A DNA stretch of 64,000 nucleotides from Felis catus. Its lineage: Eukaryota. The stretch is from positions 7,256,001 to 7,320,000 of the forward strand of contig NC_058369.1 of the NCBI RefSeq assembly GCF_018350175.1, read 5' to 3'. The position numbers and the translations under genes were made by a program. Shown here piece after piece: positions 63,976 through 64,000 of this stretch; position 1 is the first letter of the stretch; the number at the start of each line of letters is the position of its first letter. The notes under the pieces were generated by a model. That model did not search any database, was not told the origin of the DNA, and saw only the letters and a list, made by a program, of their open reading frames with translations.

Positions 63976-64000
63976 AAAATGAGTAGAGGTGCCTGGATGG

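Overview
Mammalian, almost certainly felid (carnivore tRNA-derived CAN-SINEs with cat-type subfamilies), repeat-rich genomic DNA resembling the OR7/KRAB-ZNF region syntenic to human 19p13.2. Contents: (1) two divergently oriented, mutually paralogous CpG-island promoters (~1.5-2.2 kb facing left, ~27.8-28.5 kb facing right); (2) a 5'-truncated ZNF639 processed pseudogene split into three pieces by solo LTRs, one of which carries a further nested young LTR; (3) one intact olfactory receptor gene most similar to OR7D4; (4) a full-length RPS8 processed pseudogene; (5) a ZNF426/ZNF559/ZNF561-type KRAB exon set that is disabled (stop, frameshift, lost splice sites), with no zinc-finger exon seen in the remaining 24 kb; (6) many SINEs, L1s, ERV/MaLR and MER elements. 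Gene identities come from my recollection of the human proteins, not from a database search. I found no convincing wholly new biological system; the best leads are listed as findings.
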